DNA of 64,000 nt from IMG/VR virus record IMGVR_UViG_3300047375_000738. One strand, given 5' to 3'. Source of the DNA: a virus. Taxonomy: Duplodnaviria > Caudoviricetes. The position numbers and the translations under genes are program-made. Positions 15,844 through 25,941 of the stretch are shown piece by piece (position 1 is the stretch's first letter; the number at the start of each line of letters is the position of its first letter). The notes beneath the pieces are model-generated. The model made no database searches. It saw nothing but the letters and a program-made list of their open reading frames with translations, and was not told where the DNA came from.

Positions 15844-15940
15844 CGTTCTCGACTATATCGAGCAACACGAAGTGAGTCAATAGACGACACGTAGTGCAGC
15901 GAAGTTATCGAGTATACGAGATATTCACTATAAATACTGT

Positions 15941-16195
15941 ATGGCTCAATGGTTTGTTACTGTACATAGGTCAAGTGAAGATCCGTTCAATTATCCTTAT
16001 TTGGGTAAAGTACAATACTTCAAGGTAGAGCTAATGCATCATCGTTTTAGTATACTAGAGCATCCTGACTATCCCGGTAGTCATCGTGCTAGGTTTATTG
16101 CACTACATGAATGTGATAGTCGCATAACATATGTAGCTATGAAATATCACGATTGCATACCGTTCTCTTATGATAAAATGACTTCTTTTGTATAA
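15941..16195 (+). CDS. Hypothetical protein
   Basis: TATAAATA-N4-ATG. Confidence 0.6.
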   Translation: MAQWFVTVHRSSEDPFNYPYLGKVQYFKVELMHHRFSILEHPDYPGSHRARFIALHECDSRITYVAMKYHDCIPFSYDKMTSFV

Positions 16196-16198
16196 CCT

Positions 16199-16240
16199 TG
16201 TCGTACGGTAGCTAACGGCATGTCGTACGGGGCCGTATGA
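16199..16240. repeat. Second CCGTAYGA cluster
   Basis: TGTCGTACGG at 16199 and 16221 (22 bp apart) plus CCGTATGA at 16233. Confidence 0.8.
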
Positions 16241-16339
16241 GTATGGTGTGTATGTTTTTTATAGTGTATATGGTCCACTAGTATGGTACTAGAATTTTTT
16301 GCTGCAAGCTGCTTCGCAGCTATTTGCGGCGCTAAACCA

Positions 16340-17473
16340 CTACGTGGCTTGTTGGCGAAGTGCAGTTTTTTTAGCCATGTGCCACAACCAATTGCTTGTT
16401 TCTGGTCTTTCTACACTAGGGTCGGTTCTAGTACATTCAAACTCTGGTGGCAGTGGGTTGTGCTGTGTTCTAGTGTGCAGTACACTTCTATTGTGTATAC
16501 TATCTTGGCGTGGTGGGTCACTGTGTAGATACTGTGCGAGTCTAGCGGCACCGTCTGCTATAGTGTCGTATTCAGGTATTTCAAAGTCATAGCCAAGCTC
16601 TACTAGATCTCTGATATAGTGTTGAGCTCCAAATGGATGCACACTTCTACCAACTGCAAACACTTTGAATAGTTTTTCAGTGTGTATAATTCCTTCAGTG
16701 GGATTTAGTGCATGGCTATCACCAACCCAAACAGTGTGTGCATTAGCTATAGCAATTCCAATTCCTCCTTTGCCCATTATATCATGTTCTCGCATGTTCC
16801 ACGGACCTTGGCGGTGTGTGAAAGCTCTAGGAAGAAGCTGTATTTCTCGATGGTTGCCCACTCTACGGTAGAATCTAAGAGCGTGATCAGGGTCTGCATA
16901 CAGCTCAGGTACAAAATGATTTCTCCAGGTTTCGTTTGCGACAGTGGCCCAGTAGTTGGTGTTGCCCATACTAGCGTACACACTGTGCTGTGTTTGGTGT
17001 GTCAAGTGATGATATATCACCATTCGTTCAGGTGCAATTCGTCTGCTCATCCACAGTATATCTCTAGTGGGTTTGAGTTCTTGATAGCGCCACCATGTAC
17101 TGCAGGATTTTACAGTTTGATGTTCCCAGCTGTTGTACACAAACCCGCCTTCACCAGGTAAATCACAACTGCGCACTTGAGCAGGGCTAATCAGTGCATA
17201 GTACACTCGAGTGGCTTTGCTAAGTTTTACTAGCATTTTGCGTAGACCTGCGGGTACACTGGGCCAGCCAATAGCTTCTGTGCCACAGTATACTATTACA
17301 GCTTCACTAGCGTACACACTTGAAGGCAGTGGACGTGCATTGTCTGCTAGTGTTTCGTAGTCAATTACACACAGATGGTTTTCAGTGTTGTCCACTAGAG
17401 GCAGTAGGTTTACACACATTAGTTCTCTTGCAAGTTCTTCGTAGTGAGGAGTAAATGCATACTGTTTATTCAT
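16340..17473 (-). CDS. Hypothetical protein, TEK-motif family, paralog 3
   Basis: HTEKLFKVFAVGRSVHPFGAQHYIRDLVELGYDF. Confidence 0.6.
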   Translation of the reverse strand: MNKQYAFTPHYEELARELMCVNLLPLVDNTENHLCVIDYETLADNARPLPSSVYASEAVIVYCGTEAIGWPSVPAGLRKMLVKLSKATRVYYALISPAQVRSCDLPGEGGFVYNSWEHQTVKSCSTWWRYQELKPTRDILWMSRRIAPERMVIYHHLTHQTQHSVYASMGNTNYWATVANETWRNHFVPELYADPDHALRFYRRVGNHREIQLLPRAFTHRQGPWNMREHDIMGKGGIGIAIANAHTVWVGDSHALNPTEGIIHTEKLFKVFAVGRSVHPFGAQHYIRDLVELGYDFEIPEYDTIADGAARLAQYLHSDPPRQDSIHNRSVLHTRTQHNPLPPEFECTRTDPSVERPETSNWLWHMAKKTALRQQAT

Positions 17474-17825
17474 GACTGCACCATTCCTCTAGAACACTGC
17501 TACTCTTACCCCAAACTATTACTTGTGTCATAGGAATATTGTCCTGCAGATTGGTGTATAGTTCCAGTGTTTGTCTGTTACTCCAGCTGGGCAATTCTAG
17601 TAACACCAGTGCAGTACTCCATTGTCTAACGATGCTCATGTGCTTGTCCCATATGTAGTGTGCAGTGGGTATTCCAGTGCTTATTTCATTGGCATCATAC
17701 ACAAACAAACTGCCGCTGGCATAAGGTCGACTGTGATGTCTTGGTAGATAATGATGCCACTTTAGTCTATACAGCCATAGCTTTGGATTTGCATAAGCAG
17801 TGTTTAGATGCAGTTGCTTACGCAT
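17466..17825 (-). CDS. Hypothetical protein
   Basis: Overlaps both neighbours in the operon. Confidence 0.5.
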   Translation of the reverse strand: MRKQLHLNTAYANPKLWLYRLKWHHYLPRHHSRPYASGSLFVYDANEISTGIPTAHYIWDKHMSIVRQWSTALVLLELPSWSNRQTLELYTNLQDNIPMTQVIVWGKSSSVLEEWCSHE

Positions 17826-18885
17826 ATCTAGCTCCAATGTTTTCGAAGTCTGCTACACTGCCTGTGTATTGTTCTATATGGTCGTGTAGTATTGGATTGT
17901 TGTGCCGAGTGTCCATACTATACAGTTGTTCACAAGCACGATGTACTGCAACAAATGCATCAAAATGGTCTGTTCCTGGTATCTCCAACCACGTGAGTAT
18001 TTGCGGTTCTGTGATAGCCTGTGCATATATATCTTTAAGCTCTTTGGGCATATTGCGCAAGTCCAAGTACGCTGGAGACTGTATCATTTCCATAGTACAG
18101 TTCCACTGTGGGTAGTGTTTGGCAAACCAATTACGCATACTGGTTTGATCCATTGCATTGTATATGCCAACAGCACTGTGTATAGTAACGTCAGTGGTGT
18201 ATTTTTTCCATGCATCAAATCTGGCTATTTCTTTTGCCAACGGCTCTGCGCCTTGTCTCACCATTTGATTAACACCGTCTAGTCCGTCCCTGCTGATTAT
18301 AACTCTTAGACTTTTTGCTGTACTCAACATCTCGTGATACAACTCAGGTATGCTTACGCTGTTGTTGGTTATAATTTCTAAGTCAATTGTACTCCAGTTG
18401 ATACGTTCCTTGCTCCACTCTACAAACTGTTTGAAGCCGCTGCTGACCAAAGGCTCACCTCCAAACATCTTTACTCTAGTAATAGTTTCCCATGGCAACT
18501 GTTTGTATTTTGTATTGTGTAGGTATTTGGCTTCAGCAACAGTATTGCCTAGGAACTTGCTTTCACGTTTTGCTGCTAGATGAGAGTATTCACTGCTGCA
18601 CATCACACATTCAAAGTTGCATATATTATCTACACTGAGATCAACACTGGTTATATTGTCGCTGTAGGGTAGATATTGATTGAAGCGATCACGTAGATTA
18701 GGCTGTTTGTGTTTAGAAAAATTATCACAGCCACTACAGCCTTCAATAGATTTTCCTTGCATCATTTGTTTTTTTGTATCTTCTCGATCAAACTCTAGAC
18801 TAGATGGCCAGAAGCAACAGGGTGTTTGATTTCCCTGTGGGGTAATGTGTACGTTACTCCATACTGCTGAACAAGAAGTTTTCAT
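17818..18885 (-). CDS. Radical SAM protein with N-terminal Cys cluster
   Basis: CNFECVMC (CxxxCxxC), FGGEP, IITN; N-terminal C..PCC..CSGC. Confidence 0.85.
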   Translation of the reverse strand: MKTSCSAVWSNVHITPQGNQTPCCFWPSSLEFDREDTKKQMMQGKSIEGCSGCDNFSKHKQPNLRDRFNQYLPYSDNITSVDLSVDNICNFECVMCSSEYSHLAAKRESKFLGNTVAEAKYLHNTKYKQLPWETITRVKMFGGEPLVSSGFKQFVEWSKERINWSTIDLEIITNNSVSIPELYHEMLSTAKSLRVIISRDGLDGVNQMVRQGAEPLAKEIARFDAWKKYTTDVTIHSAVGIYNAMDQTSMRNWFAKHYPQWNCTMEMIQSPAYLDLRNMPKELKDIYAQAITEPQILTWLEIPGTDHFDAFVAVHRACEQLYSMDTRHNNPILHDHIEQYTGSVADFENIGARYA

Positions 18886-18890
18886 TATAA

Positions 18891-19577
18891 CTACTTATTA
18901 TCAAGTACAGCTAGTACTTTCTCTTTTAGTCTTTGATTTGTTTGTATACCAGGATGTGCTAAGTCTCTAGCAGTATCCACATGATTGTCCATAAACCAAT
19001 CTCTGTCATTGTCAATAATAAACATGTTGTTGTGAAATGTTTTCAATGCAGTAACATTTTTTTGTTTGTTTAATTTGTAGTTTTGTTTATGCTGAAAAAG
19101 ATTTCCCCAAGGTGTGTTTTCAAATACATGATGTTCATGTATGCTCACGTTGCCATAAGGAATAACTTCATATCGAATACTAGGCGGCTCCAGTATAAAA
19201 ACAAATTTAGGATTTAATTTTTCAATCCAATACGAACTAATCCTGTATATGCTATCCCACGAACCGCCACCTAGTCCTAAGTTATAACAGGCTAAATCTA
19301 GCTCTTGTGCTACCAATGTTGCCCAGGTGTTTTGTATAGGCAACCCTATGCCTATGGTGTAACTGCAACCTAAGAATACCGCATTATCTTCTACATCAAA
19401 CTCTTTGCATCTAAACCCTTTGCTGTTGAACTTGTATGTAAAAGAATTGTTGATCCATGGAGAAAGTTCTTGTGCATTTTGTTTGAGATTGTATTTGTAC
19501 AGTTGCTTGGTATCCCCAGGCAACCAATTGATTTCTTGATTTATTAATTCAGGATATGCTGAATTATCCATCTCCAT
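18891..19577 (-). CDS. SGNH/GDSL-like hydrolase or acyltransferase
   Basis: FLGCSYT, NLGLGGGS, DLAHPG blocks. Confidence 0.6.
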   Translation of the reverse strand: MEMDNSAYPELINQEINWLPGDTKQLYKYNLKQNAQELSPWINNSFTYKFNSKGFRCKEFDVEDNAVFLGCSYTIGIGLPIQNTWATLVAQELDLACYNLGLGGGSWDSIYRISSYWIEKLNPKFVFILEPPSIRYEVIPYGNVSIHEHHVFENTPWGNLFQHKQNYKLNKQKNVTALKTFHNNMFIIDNDRDWFMDNHVDTARDLAHPGIQTNQRLKEKVLAVLDNK

Positions 19578-19811
19578 TTATTTCTCTCCAACAAAATCTA
19601 GCTCTGAATGTTTAAGTTTTAAAAACGTAAAATGCTTTTGTGATAGTTCAGCATAATAATACATCTTGTCAGGTGTATACTCGACCCACATACGACTGCT
19701 GTATTTTTTAATTTCATCTGCAACCGTTTCACCAACTTGATGTGCAAACGGATCCCACGGACTAAGCTCAAGAAAGTCTGGCGTGTTTGAACTAGCAATA
19801 CATACCTTCAT
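19578..19811 (-). CDS. Hypothetical protein
   Basis: Coupled to helicase stop. Confidence 0.5.
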   Translation of the reverse strand: MKVCIASSNTPDFLELSPWDPFAHQVGETVADEIKKYSSRMWVEYTPDKMYYYAELSQKHFTFLKLKHSELDFVGEK

Positions 19812-21220
19812 TCAGTACCCAAGTTATTAATAAAGTTACGTAGTTGCGTACTATCAGCATCTGCTTTGAGCTTTGGCGCACTTGATCCACTAACTGGATC
19901 TTGTACTGGTGCATTGCTACGTTTAATATTGTCTAAGATGTTGCTGCCTGTAGTTGTACTAGTTGCACCATCGTCATCATCATCGCCCAAGTCTTCAATG
20001 CGCAGTGTGTCTAAGTTAAAGCCTAGATCAATCTTTTGTCCTACTCCACTTGAGTTACGTGTTTTCATCAACTGTAGCTGATAGCGTCCACGTTCACGCA
20101 TAGCTCTACTTGTAAAGATACCAAACACGTTGTCCGCAGTCTGGATCTTACTAAGTCCACCACTGATGTGCGAGTGATCAAATTCAATCTCTTCCACAGC
20201 ACCTCTGTTTAACTGTGCTGCTGTTACAAACACTGTGTTCAATTCCATTGCTAGGTTACGTAGTTCTTCACTTACGTACTTGTCTTTGATAAACAAGTTC
20301 TCTGCACTTACCTTTGTGCTTGCTGGCATCAACAAGTCCAAGTAGTCAATCAGCAGTACGTCTACCTTCTTGCCTGTTTTAATCTCATACTCTTTAATGT
20401 AGCTACGTACATCGTTTGCTGTCTTGCCACTTGGCATATACTTGACTTGGAATGCACCCGACTTCTTGCCAATAATCTTAACCTTCATTTCAACATCGTC
20501 AATGCTCTTAAACACATCACGACTTGGAATGCCTGTGGTCATACTATCAAGTCTCATACTAACTAGACTCTCTGCAAGCTCTAGTGTCAAGTAGATTACA
20601 TTCAAGCCTTTCTCAGCCATGTTAACGCCAATGTTAGCAAGGAACAAACTCTTACCTGCACCCGAACCACCTGCAAAGATATTCAGCTCGCCTCTGTTGA
20701 AGCCGCCAAACAGTTTCTTATCCATAGCTGGCCAGCCTGTGCTTACCTGTCCGTTAGTACTCTTGATGCCTTCTAGTCTAGCTCTTGGATCAGCATAGTA
20801 GTCTGTACCCAAGTCTTTTTGCAAACCAATCTGTACAGCCTTCTTAACTAGATCCTCGCACTGCCCATAGTCACCGTTCTCTAACAAGTCGGCACTCTTT
20901 AGGATTGCTGCTTCTAGTGCCTTGTGTTTACTAAACGTTTCAAACTCTTGCATCAGCCAGTCATAGTGATTTTCTTGTAGCTGCCCTGGATCTTTTAAAT
21001 TAATATCAGTTGCTGCATTAATCATATCAAACGTAGGCAATGCATTGTGTTCACTAACATAATTGTTTAAAAACTCTGCTGGTGCCTTTAGTCTTCTATC
21101 AAAACTATCTGGATCAAACACAGCCTGACAACGTACAAAGCTCTCGGCATCGCTCATCATCATTTCAAGATATACTTTCTGTATATCATATCCATAGTCT
21201 GTGTTTTGTCTAGTTGCCAT
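19808..21220 (-). CDS. DnaB-like replicative helicase (T4 gp41-like)
   Basis: Walker A GGSGAGKS, LIDYLDL, TAAQLNR, KTRNS. Confidence 0.92.
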   Translation of the reverse strand: MATRQNTDYGYDIQKVYLEMMMSDAESFVRCQAVFDPDSFDRRLKAPAEFLNNYVSEHNALPTFDMINAATDINLKDPGQLQENHYDWLMQEFETFSKHKALEAAILKSADLLENGDYGQCEDLVKKAVQIGLQKDLGTDYYADPRARLEGIKSTNGQVSTGWPAMDKKLFGGFNRGELNIFAGGSGAGKSLFLANIGVNMAEKGLNVIYLTLELAESLVSMRLDSMTTGIPSRDVFKSIDDVEMKVKIIGKKSGAFQVKYMPSGKTANDVRSYIKEYEIKTGKKVDVLLIDYLDLLMPASTKVSAENLFIKDKYVSEELRNLAMELNTVFVTAAQLNRGAVEEIEFDHSHISGGLSKIQTADNVFGIFTSRAMRERGRYQLQLMKTRNSSGVGQKIDLGFNLDTLRIEDLGDDDDDGATSTTTGSNILDNIKRSNAPVQDPVSGSSAPKLKADADSTQLRNFINNLGTE

Positions 21221-21337
21221 TCTTTGCTTCCGTTATATGTGATTGCGATTTTACTTGTCCGCACGTTTTACAATATCTTATTATAACACAAAACTTGTGG
21301 TTGTCAACTTCAATTACTTCTGAATGCTGAGATTGTA

Positions 21338-22807
21338 TTACGTTGTTGCAGCAGCCGTGCATACCTTTACTCCATAATGCTTTTCAAATGCTAGTGCATC
21401 TTCTGTAGTATTTACAATAGGTTTGCCTTTGATATTAAGCGAGGTATTTAGTAACATCGGACAACCTGTTTTTGCATACCATGCTTCTAACAGTTTTCTA
21501 ATTCCGCTATTGTTGTTTGGTACTGTTTGTACTCTGCTTGTTCCGTCTGCGTGACAGATTGCAGGGTACAATTCTGGATGTTTACAGGTTGAGGTATACT
21601 GCATATAATTGTTGTAGTATCCTTCAAAGTTATCACTTGCATGTTCTTCAAGCACTACTGGTGCAAATGGTCTAAACTGTTGCCTTTGTTTGATGACATT
21701 GACTCTGTCTTTGATGTCATTGCCACGAGGATCAGCAAGCAAAGACCGATTACCAAAAGCCCTCGGGCCAAATTCTGCCCTACCCGACGCGACTCCGCAG
21801 ATGCCAGTTTGGGCAAGTTCTTTGATTGTTTCTTCAACTGGATATTCTCCTTCTATATCATATCCTAAGAACGCATGATCCATAAGCATAGTTTTATTTT
21901 TGTGTGCCAACACACACCCTATAGCACTTCCTGCATCACCCGGATTAGGCATAATCCATACGTCATCAAAATACTTATAGGCTAGGTGATTAGCCGAACA
22001 ATTTAATGCGCACCCTCCCATGAGTACCAGATTAGAACTCCAACCTTGACTTGCTGCCCATGCTAAAATTTGGTTAAGTAGTTCTACGTATACCTTCTGT
22101 GTAGCTGCCGCTATGTCAAAGTAGTCTTGTTCTGACTGTAACTCGGGCATCCAGTCCATACACCCTCGATGTAAGTTGTTGTTAAATGTTACAGGCTTGC
22201 CTATAGCGTCAATAAAATCATTGTAAATTGTTTGATATAATCTATCCGGGTCGCCATAAGCTGCCATACCCATAAGAATATACTCGTCTTCTTGTGGCTT
22301 TAAACCGATACGCTGTGTCATAGCACTATACCATAGTCCTACACTATGCGGATAACTTTGTACATATTTCTTTTCGAGTGTATCTCCTTTGCCGTGCCAT
22401 ACAGTTAACGTTTCAAATTCTCCAATACTGTCAATACAAACAACAGTGGCATCTGTAAAAGACGTAGTATAATAACCGGCAGCAGCATGGGAACGGTGAT
22501 GAGAAATATAACTAACAGGAGCAGATATCCCATAAGATCGAAGATAACGATTGATATTGTTTTCCCTAAAGTTGAATCCTTGTCCTGCTCGAAGTTGTCT
22601 AATAGTTTTTCTAAAGGGTCTTTCGTACCAAATAATTTCATCAGGTTCTCCCCACTTTCTTGCATAATTGATTAGTTCTTTATTTAAGTGAGCATCGTTT
22701 TTTACACCGCTGAAACGTTCACTATGACTAGCAAATTCTAGTCCGTCATTTGAAAATACTGCTAGAGCAGCATCATGACTGTTTGCACTTATCCCCCAAG
22801 TAATCAT
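21338..22807 (-). CDS. Carbamoyltransferase (NodU/CmcH family)
   Basis: HDAALAV, SERFSGVK, HHRSHAA, GGCALNC, GRAEFGPRAFGNRS, FRPFAP, LNTSLN. Confidence 0.92.
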   Translation of the reverse strand: MITWGISANSHDAALAVFSNDGLEFASHSERFSGVKNDAHLNKELINYARKWGEPDEIIWYERPFRKTIRQLRAGQGFNFRENNINRYLRSYGISAPVSYISHHRSHAAAGYYTTSFTDATVVCIDSIGEFETLTVWHGKGDTLEKKYVQSYPHSVGLWYSAMTQRIGLKPQEDEYILMGMAAYGDPDRLYQTIYNDFIDAIGKPVTFNNNLHRGCMDWMPELQSEQDYFDIAAATQKVYVELLNQILAWAASQGWSSNLVLMGGCALNCSANHLAYKYFDDVWIMPNPGDAGSAIGCVLAHKNKTMLMDHAFLGYDIEGEYPVEETIKELAQTGICGVASGRAEFGPRAFGNRSLLADPRGNDIKDRVNVIKQRQQFRPFAPVVLEEHASDNFEGYYNNYMQYTSTCKHPELYPAICHADGTSRVQTVPNNNSGIRKLLEAWYAKTGCPMLLNTSLNIKGKPIVNTTEDALAFEKHYGVKVCTAAATT

Positions 22808-23370
22808 AGTAACTGTAATACCTCTTGTACGCCGTTGGCTACATTTGTTTGCCACGTGTCTGCTTGATGCGGTGTGCCTACATAATCAGTTATATACTTG
22901 TAGCAGGTGAATTGCACATTCATACGTTTGCATACACTGGCAATAGCATACGCTTCCATATCAACTATGTCAATTTTGTTTTCTATTAACCATGTTTCAA
23001 GTTCGTGTACAAACTGATCTCCTGTGCCTAGTGTAAGACTAGATGTCATATCAGGAGAGAAGTCTAAGTAAGGCAGTCCTGCTTCAAAAGGTGTAACGCC
23101 TCTTGGTGCTTGTGGCTCTGCGTTCATGTCACGCTGTACAAACTTTGTAATACGATGTATACCATTTAGCTCTGCTTGACAACTTCCGACTGTACCGTAG
23201 TTGTATACTTCAGGATGAAAGCCTAGACTGTGTGCTTCTGCAATAGCTTGTGTTGCTGCAAATGCTGCATTAACTTTGCCTACACCAGTGTATACTACTT
23301 TGTAATCATTGGGTGCCTGCTTGTATGGTAGTTCTGCTTCAAGAGCAACTAATAATATTCTATACTTCAA
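22804..23370 (-). CDS. MTA/SAH nucleosidase-like (PNP/UDP family)
   Basis: TGVGKVNAA, TGDQFV, VDMEAYAIA, KYITD. Confidence 0.85.
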   Translation of the reverse strand: MKYRILLVALEAELPYKQAPNDYKVVYTGVGKVNAAFAATQAIAEAHSLGFHPEVYNYGTVGSCQAELNGIHRITKFVQRDMNAEPQAPRGVTPFEAGLPYLDFSPDMTSSLTLGTGDQFVHELETWLIENKIDIVDMEAYAIASVCKRMNVQFTCYKYITDYVGTPHQADTWQTNVANGVQEVLQLL

Positions 23371-23638
23371 TGTCGATATATTGTCCTTGTGTTTCGCCTG
23401 GGCTTACTGTTTTGCCATGTTGATCATATCTAGTAGCAGCTTGATCTCTTAGTGCTTGTATTTCTTTCATACGCTCTTCTACTTGTCTAGTTTGATCTAA
23501 TTTAAGATCTGATCGTGTAGCTGCTTCTACAACTCGAATACGTTCTTTTTCCATCGGCGGTTTAATATGTTCACTGTTAGGATACACATTAGGATGCCCG
23601 TACTGGCTTGCTTGTAATGCTTGTTTAATTTCACTCAT
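23360..23638 (-). CDS. Hypothetical protein
   Basis: Coupled ORF ending GQYIDIEV. Confidence 0.55.
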   Translation of the reverse strand: MSEIKQALQASQYGHPNVYPNSEHIKPPMEKERIRVVEAATRSDLKLDQTRQVEERMKEIQALRDQAATRYDQHGKTVSPGETQGQYIDIEV

Positions 23639-23757
23639 TTGTAAATAAACGGATCACGTTTTCTAAGTTCTTTTAGTCGCTTGCGCCAAGTAATTTCTTC
23701 CTTGATACGTGTGTATGGCCAAATAATAATTCGCCAAACTTTCTTAATTAAAACCAT
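23635..23757 (-). CDS. 40-aa basic protein (absent from ORF track)
   Basis: MVLIKKVWRIIIWPYTRIKEEITWRKRLKELRKRDPFIYK; fills the gap with overlaps. Confidence 0.6.
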   Translation of the reverse strand: MVLIKKVWRIIIWPYTRIKEEITWRKRLKELRKRDPFIYK

Positions 23758-24725
23758 TTCTTTGCTCTCAATCTAATTTTAAGTGGGCTGCTTTCGGCAG
23801 CATTTGCAATACTATACAATGTATATAGTCTACCGTATTTACTCACAGCATCTCCTACATCGTTAATGTCTGAATCCCAAAGTGGTAGACTAACACTCCA
23901 TCCTAGTTCAATAGCTTGCTCAACTAACTTACTACCTGCACTATCTCTGTCAGGCACAACTATAACATCTTTTGCAAGTCTATTTAATAGCATTGCTTGT
24001 TGGTCATTGATTTCACTACCGCCTAGCGCACATCCATCTATGTGAATAGCATCTACCTGTCCTTCACATACAATAGCAAACACTTTGTTGTAGCCTTGTT
24101 CGTCAAGTCCATATACAAAGCCTGGCTGTGTTTCTGTAAGATACTTGGGCTTTTTATCTTCTGTAATAGTTCTAGCAGTCCATCCTACAATACGTTTCTC
24201 ATAATAAAATGGAATAATAAGCCTGTCACGATACCCTAAGCTAGGGCTCCAGTAGTAATCTGTATCATCTAAGTTTAAGTTACGAGCAGCTATATATTCT
24301 AGTATAGCTATACTAAACTTGTTGAAGTCTTTTATATCTGCAATTTTTACAGCATCTGGTGGTAGTGGTACAGTTTCAAACGTAGGCAGTTCTATCTTGC
24401 GCTCTGCTACTTCAACACCTTCGTTTATACGCATTACATCTAGTGCAAGTTTATTAATTTCGCTATCGGGTGTATTGCACCATTCTAGTAACTTTTTAAA
24501 CTTGTAACTAAGACTACGTCCTGGTTGCCAACTAGCTTTGTATCCACAGTTGAAACAGTGATAGCTTATAACATCGCCTTCACTGATAAGTCCACCGCGA
24601 CCTCTGGTATCAGTAGTGTTGCCATTGTTATGACAGCAAGGTGCATTGAAGCTAGTCCAACCACTAGGTGTAGTTTTACGCTTCGAAGGCAGATAGGCTG
24701 TCAATAGATCAGATACAATGCTCAT
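23748..24725 (-). CDS. DNA primase (Zn finger + TOPRIM; gp61-like)
   Basis: CCH..CFNC Zn finger, CEGQVDA, DRD..DVGDA. Confidence 0.9.
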   Translation of the reverse strand: MSIVSDLLTAYLPSKRKTTPSGWTSFNAPCCHNNGNTTDTRGRGGLISEGDVISYHCFNCGYKASWQPGRSLSYKFKKLLEWCNTPDSEINKLALDVMRINEGVEVAERKIELPTFETVPLPPDAVKIADIKDFNKFSIAILEYIAARNLNLDDTDYYWSPSLGYRDRLIIPFYYEKRIVGWTARTITEDKKPKYLTETQPGFVYGLDEQGYNKVFAIVCEGQVDAIHIDGCALGGSEINDQQAMLLNRLAKDVIVVPDRDSAGSKLVEQAIELGWSVSLPLWDSDINDVGDAVSKYGRLYTLYSIANAAESSPLKIRLRAKKWF

Positions 24726-24731
24726 AATATT

Positions 24732-24760
24732 ATTATAGCATTGTATTAATTAGTTGTCAA
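24732..24760 (-). promoter_or_regulatory. sigma70-type promoter for primase operon
   Basis: TTGACA-17-TATAAT on minus strand with TGn. Confidence 0.8.
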
Positions 24761-25107
24761 TGATTTAATGTAATTGAATTAATTGTTCCAGCAGTCCATG
24801 TATCAACATATGCTCTTACCCATACATAGTTGCCTGTAAAGTTATACATAAACGATCCAGTACTTCCGGTGTATGTATTTTCTGTATCAGCTACATCAAA
24901 CCAATCTGCTTCTACAGGGGTTGTTGCTAGTGTAGCTTGTATAACTACTCTGCCACGGAATTCATTTGCTAGATTATATTGTACAGTATGAAATCCGTCT
25001 GCACGACTATAGTAACCGTCACCTTTGTATTTGTCTCCAGTTGCAGTTTGAGTAGAGCTATCTCCTACATGAGACGATGCTGATAAAATTGTTTCACTAT
25101 TTGTCAT
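24757..25107 (-). CDS. Beta-rich hypothetical (likely virion) protein
   Basis: TAAATA-N4-ATG; IQATL...W..VRA pattern shared with next ORF. Confidence 0.6.
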   Translation of the reverse strand: MTNSETILSASSHVGDSSTQTATGDKYKGDGYYSRADGFHTVQYNLANEFRGRVVIQATLATTPVEADWFDVADTENTYTGSTGSFMYNFTGNYVWVRAYVDTWTAGTINSITLNH

Positions 25108-25119
25108 GCTGTATTTACC

Positions 25120-25908
25120 TTAATTTCTAATTAGAACCTTTGTTACTTTGTCTGTTGGATCAGCAGTTGCTTTTAATCTTAGATAACTAAACACACCGTT
25201 TATATTAGTTGGTACAGGCTGAGACTCATTGCCAGTAAATGTGATAGTTGACAATGTCGTCCAGTTGTTTAGTCCTGTAATTTGATTATCAAGTGTCCCT
25301 TGTATCTCAATATCGCCAACATATGAATCTGTGTATATTGCAAGTGTATGTAATGCTTCGTTGCCATTAAGCCCAGGCTCGGCTGTAATCTTAGTTGAGT
25401 CATCGCTGCCTGCATACCATTGCGAATTTTCTTCTTTAAAATTAATTATTTCTTTACTTAATTTTGGACCTGGGTATGCAACACTGTCTAGCATAATTAC
25501 GCCAGCACTTTCAAAATCTCTATTTGCATATGTAACAGTATTTGTGGAGCCGTTTGACATATAGATATTATATTTTAAATATTGCTGTTTTACATTTAAT
25601 AAATCGTTTTCAGTAAGCGATACATTAAACATGCCTTTGGTTGAAGTTGTACTACCGTCGTCTGTAACCGTACAAGCTCTTTCGATTATCTTTGAATTGT
25701 TTTCATCAAATATTACTATGTACGGAGTATCTGTTATCCATACTGGCTTTTGATCCGCATTGATAAATCTAAATTGAATAGCGTTATCGATGCCTCTATA
25801 AATTTTTAATTGTCTACTATACACTGGTCTATACTCCACAACAAATCCAGTATCGTTTGATACAACGTCTATTTTGTTTTCGACTAAATATCTAGGTATT
25901 AGTTGCAT
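25120..25908 (-). CDS. Putative structural protein (BppU N-terminal-like, tentative)
   Basis: LKIYRGIDNAIQFRFINADQKP; C-terminus resembles 24757-25107. Confidence 0.5.
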   Translation of the reverse strand: MQLIPRYLVENKIDVVSNDTGFVVEYRPVYSRQLKIYRGIDNAIQFRFINADQKPVWITDTPYIVIFDENNSKIIERACTVTDDGSTTSTKGMFNVSLTENDLLNVKQQYLKYNIYMSNGSTNTVTYANRDFESAGVIMLDSVAYPGPKLSKEIINFKEENSQWYAGSDDSTKITAEPGLNGNEALHTLAIYTDSYVGDIEIQGTLDNQITGLNNWTTLSTITFTGNESQPVPTNINGVFSYLRLKATADPTDKVTKVLIRN

Positions 25909-25941
25909 TAAAGGATCCTTCTTGTATAAGTATTTATCGGC

